Assembly: GCA_965153455.1 (NCBI GenBank)
Contig: OZ234493.1
Location: 22,496,213 to 22,560,212 of the forward strand
Direction of reading: 5' to 3'
Length of the DNA stretch: 64,000 bases
From: Sphagnum compactum
Lineage: Eukaryota
Of this stretch, positions 61,738 to 64,000 are shown piece by piece (the stretch's first letter is position 1; each line of letters opens with the position of its first letter). The notes under the pieces were generated by a model. The model saw only the letters and a program-made list of their open reading frames with translations, searched no databases and was not told where the DNA came from. The position numbers and the translations under genes are program-made.

Positions 61738-63270
61738 TCATGTACACCTTGGAACCACCTCTTTCATAGCAGCTGCTGCTTGAGTGGGAACATGTTGTCC
61801 ATCCTGGAATCGTTTGTAAAAAGCTTCATCTGTTGGTTTCAACATGTTGGGCAGTGAGAGGCGCGTACCACATTTCTCAAGAAACTGATGCCTGGGCTGA
61901 ATTCTGTACTCCAGACTGTATCCAAAATACTGAGGGAATGCTTTGACATCGTCCAGTCCTCTCCCCATTACATCTAGCAGGTATCTGAATTTGACTTGAA
62001 GGTTGCTGTCAATGCTGTAATTGAAAATGGCTGGGAACCTGATCAGAGCTTGAATTGATTCATCAGCAGAGAGACCAATGCTCTGCAGAAATTCAATCTT
62101 TGGAATGAGCTTGGTATGGATGCCAAAAGTCAGAAGAGTGGCATTGTTGGAGACAAGCGTGGGCATATTTGTGAAGCCCAGAGATTGCAGATAGAGCATT
62201 GTGGGTCGCAGCTGCCCATCCACACTGCTCATCAATAGGCGTGGACATCTATTGATCACTTTCCCTAAGTCCTTCTTCTGAAGCCTAATCTCATCTAGGA
62301 GAAAAACTACAGCAGGTTCTACGGTTTTCTTCACACTAAGAGCAAGCAGCTGAGGATTGTGTGTCACCACCCGCACAAGTTGCTTGCGGTGCAATCCACA
62401 ATCCTCCAAGAGATACTCAATAACTGACTGCAAATTTTGCATTGAGCAGTTTCCAAAGAGTGGGTACCTTGCTATCACTCTGCTAGCATCAATTCCCATA
62501 CCTTCCAAGAACATGATCTTCTCCTCGAGCTTTTGCAACCATTTTGAGTTTCTGTAGGAGGAGAAGCTTGTTGCTACTTCACTCTGCAAGCTTGAGAATC
62601 CCTCCAAATAGCCTCGCAGCTTCTGCTTCTCCCTGTTCTCAAAACCTTCTCCTCCTCCTACTCCACGATTTGTTCTGTCAGTGCCACTAGGGTGCCATGA
62701 AGGAGGTTCTTGAGTGAGAGGATCAGTGAGCAATAACCTAGCTGCAGCCAATCTCTCCCTCTCAACATGACCCAGAGCCAGTGATTTGCTGCTGCTGCTG
62801 CTGCTCCCAACTACTCTCTGGCCATCATCATCAAGAGACGGCTCTTCAAGGAAAGAAAGAGGCGGCAATGGCAAACCTTCTACTCCAACCCTTGCATCCT
62901 CCTCCTCCACTCCTCCATCAACATATGGTCTGACGACTTCTTGGCCTGCAGGTGCGTCGTTTCTGCTTCTTGTCAGGTAAGCTTGCTCCACTCGCCACCT
63001 CGTCGTTGAGGTAGTAGTATCTACTGTAATGGGCTCCTTGTCCACAATACTCCAGTGCTTCTGAACCCTCCTTTCCAGTTCAATACTGGCTTTGCTGAGG
63101 ATGCTGCTGCTGCTGCGGCCTTTTCGAACCTGTGCTTGGTTGGAGAGAGAAACGGCAGGAGAAGCCGATGACGATGATGATACGGGCTGGTTCCCTGAGA
63201 GGAGTGTAGTCTCCACCTCACCTTGTCTCACATGCAAGCATAGCTGGAATTGCAAGACCAGGTGCGGCAT
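61738..63270 (-). CDS. mTERF-family organellar nucleic-acid-binding protein, ~510 aa, single coding exon
   Basis: mTERF repeats (NPQLLALSV, RCPRLLMSSVDGQLRPT, KLIPKIEFLQSIG, RFPAIFNYSI..NLQVKFRYL, FPQYFGYSLEYRIQPRH) after a Ser-rich transit-peptide-like N-terminus. First ATG at 63270. Resembles the plastid mTERF1/3/10/11 group (from memory). Confidence 0.9.
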   Translation of the reverse strand: MPHLVLQFQLCLHVRQGEVETTLLSGNQPVSSSSSASPAVSLSNQAQVRKGRSSSSILSKASIELERRVQKHWSIVDKEPITVDTTTSTTRWRVEQAYLTRSRNDAPAGQEVVRPYVDGGVEEEDARVGVEGLPLPPLSFLEEPSLDDDGQRVVGSSSSSSKSLALGHVERERLAAARLLLTDPLTQEPPSWHPSGTDRTNRGVGGGEGFENREKQKLRGYLEGFSSLQSEVATSFSSYRNSKWLQKLEEKIMFLEGMGIDASRVIARYPLFGNCSMQNLQSVIEYLLEDCGLHRKQLVRVVTHNPQLLALSVKKTVEPAVVFLLDEIRLQKKDLGKVINRCPRLLMSSVDGQLRPTMLYLQSLGFTNMPTLVSNNATLLTFGIHTKLIPKIEFLQSIGLSADESIQALIRFPAIFNYSIDSNLQVKFRYLLDVMGRGLDDVKAFPQYFGYSLEYRIQPRHQFLEKCGTRLSLPNMLKPTDEAFYKRFQDGQHVPTQAAAAMKEVVPRCT

Positions 63271-63711
63271 CTTGGGGTTTCTACAGCTGCCCACCCAAGC
63301 CTTCACAAATCTCAAATCATTCCCATCGCTTTCTCTTCACTACTGTCAGAGCTGCGACAACAAAGCTCCCTTCTTCCCTCTCCCTTCAGAAGAAGCTGTA
63401 CAGAAGAAGAAGAAGAAGAAGAAGAAGAAGAACACCATCTTCTAAATCATCATCATCATCATCATTATCGGGAAAGGAAATCGCTGCCACCAGACTCTCA
63501 ACTACTCCTCCTCCTCCTCCTCAGCTTCCTCTTTCTGTCTCCCAGAATTGTACCTTATGTGCCCAGATCTCCACCCACTCCCAACTCTCTTGTCTAATTT
63601 TGGAGGATTCTCGAACCACCTCCCCCAGCTTTGTCTGCAATACCTCCTGTGCTACCTGGGCCCCAAGACTCAAGCCGGAGTCACTATTTCCACCACATTC
63701 GCTCCGATGAT

Positions 63712-63714
<3 letters not shown>

Positions 63715-63753
<39 letters not shown>
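63715..63753. repeat. (CT)n/(GA)n microsatellite upstream of mTERF
   Basis: Perfect dinucleotide run. (GAA)n, (CAT)n and (CCT)n runs lie at 63402-63522. Confidence 0.8.
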
Positions 63754-63756
<3 letters not shown>

Positions 63757-64000
63757 ACTGCTTGCTATAGCACCGCCATTGCGGGGCTGGGCAGATTGAT
63801 CAATGTGCACCTTCACTGCAGACAAACAAACTACAGTGACAACAACAACACACATGGATAGGGGTGGAGCTGTGCACCCAATGGGCCTTTTCCTTGTTGG
63901 CAGATGATAGCCTGCTTGGTGCCTTCACCGTTCGTTCCTCTCCTGTCCAGCCAAAACCTGGCTTGCGAGCCGAACCAGCGTGTTTTCACTTTTCTTCATC

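Overview
This is eukaryotic land-plant genomic DNA, with spliceosomal introns, TTTAGGG telomere-type motifs and PPR/mTERF/LBD genes. The repeat style and gene set suggest a moss such as Sphagnum, but that is inference. Six apparently intact genes are supportable: (1) a 5-exon, ~1607-aa NYN-ribonuclease with three LOTUS (OST-HTH) domains, 4808-10538 +; (2) a 3-exon TLC-domain membrane protein, 12185-13687 +; (3) a single-exon, 1000-aa two-domain glycosyltransferase with a ~220-aa acidic insertion, 19982-22984 +; (4) a 9-exon HGH1, 28536-31253 +, with a probable GC-AG intron and a tandem site II/telo-box array upstream; (5) an LBD15-like LOB-domain transcription factor inside a CpG-rich domain, 46275-47416 +; (6) an mTERF, 61738-63270 -. 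Three decayed coding regions are present: a PPR-E+/DYW gene, a hAT transposase and a Ty1/Copia gag-pol. Non-coding elements include a complete non-autonomous CACTA element with an ATT target-site duplication (TSD), a 447-bp Helitron, several Tourist-like MITEs, a long-TIR foldback element carrying a satellite, a tRNA-derived SINE-like head, three minisatellites and a perfect 37-bp-arm palindrome. I found no prokaryote-type system (CRISPR, operon, defence island) and no clearly novel multi-gene system. The best leads are the unusual protein architectures and the regulatory repeats.
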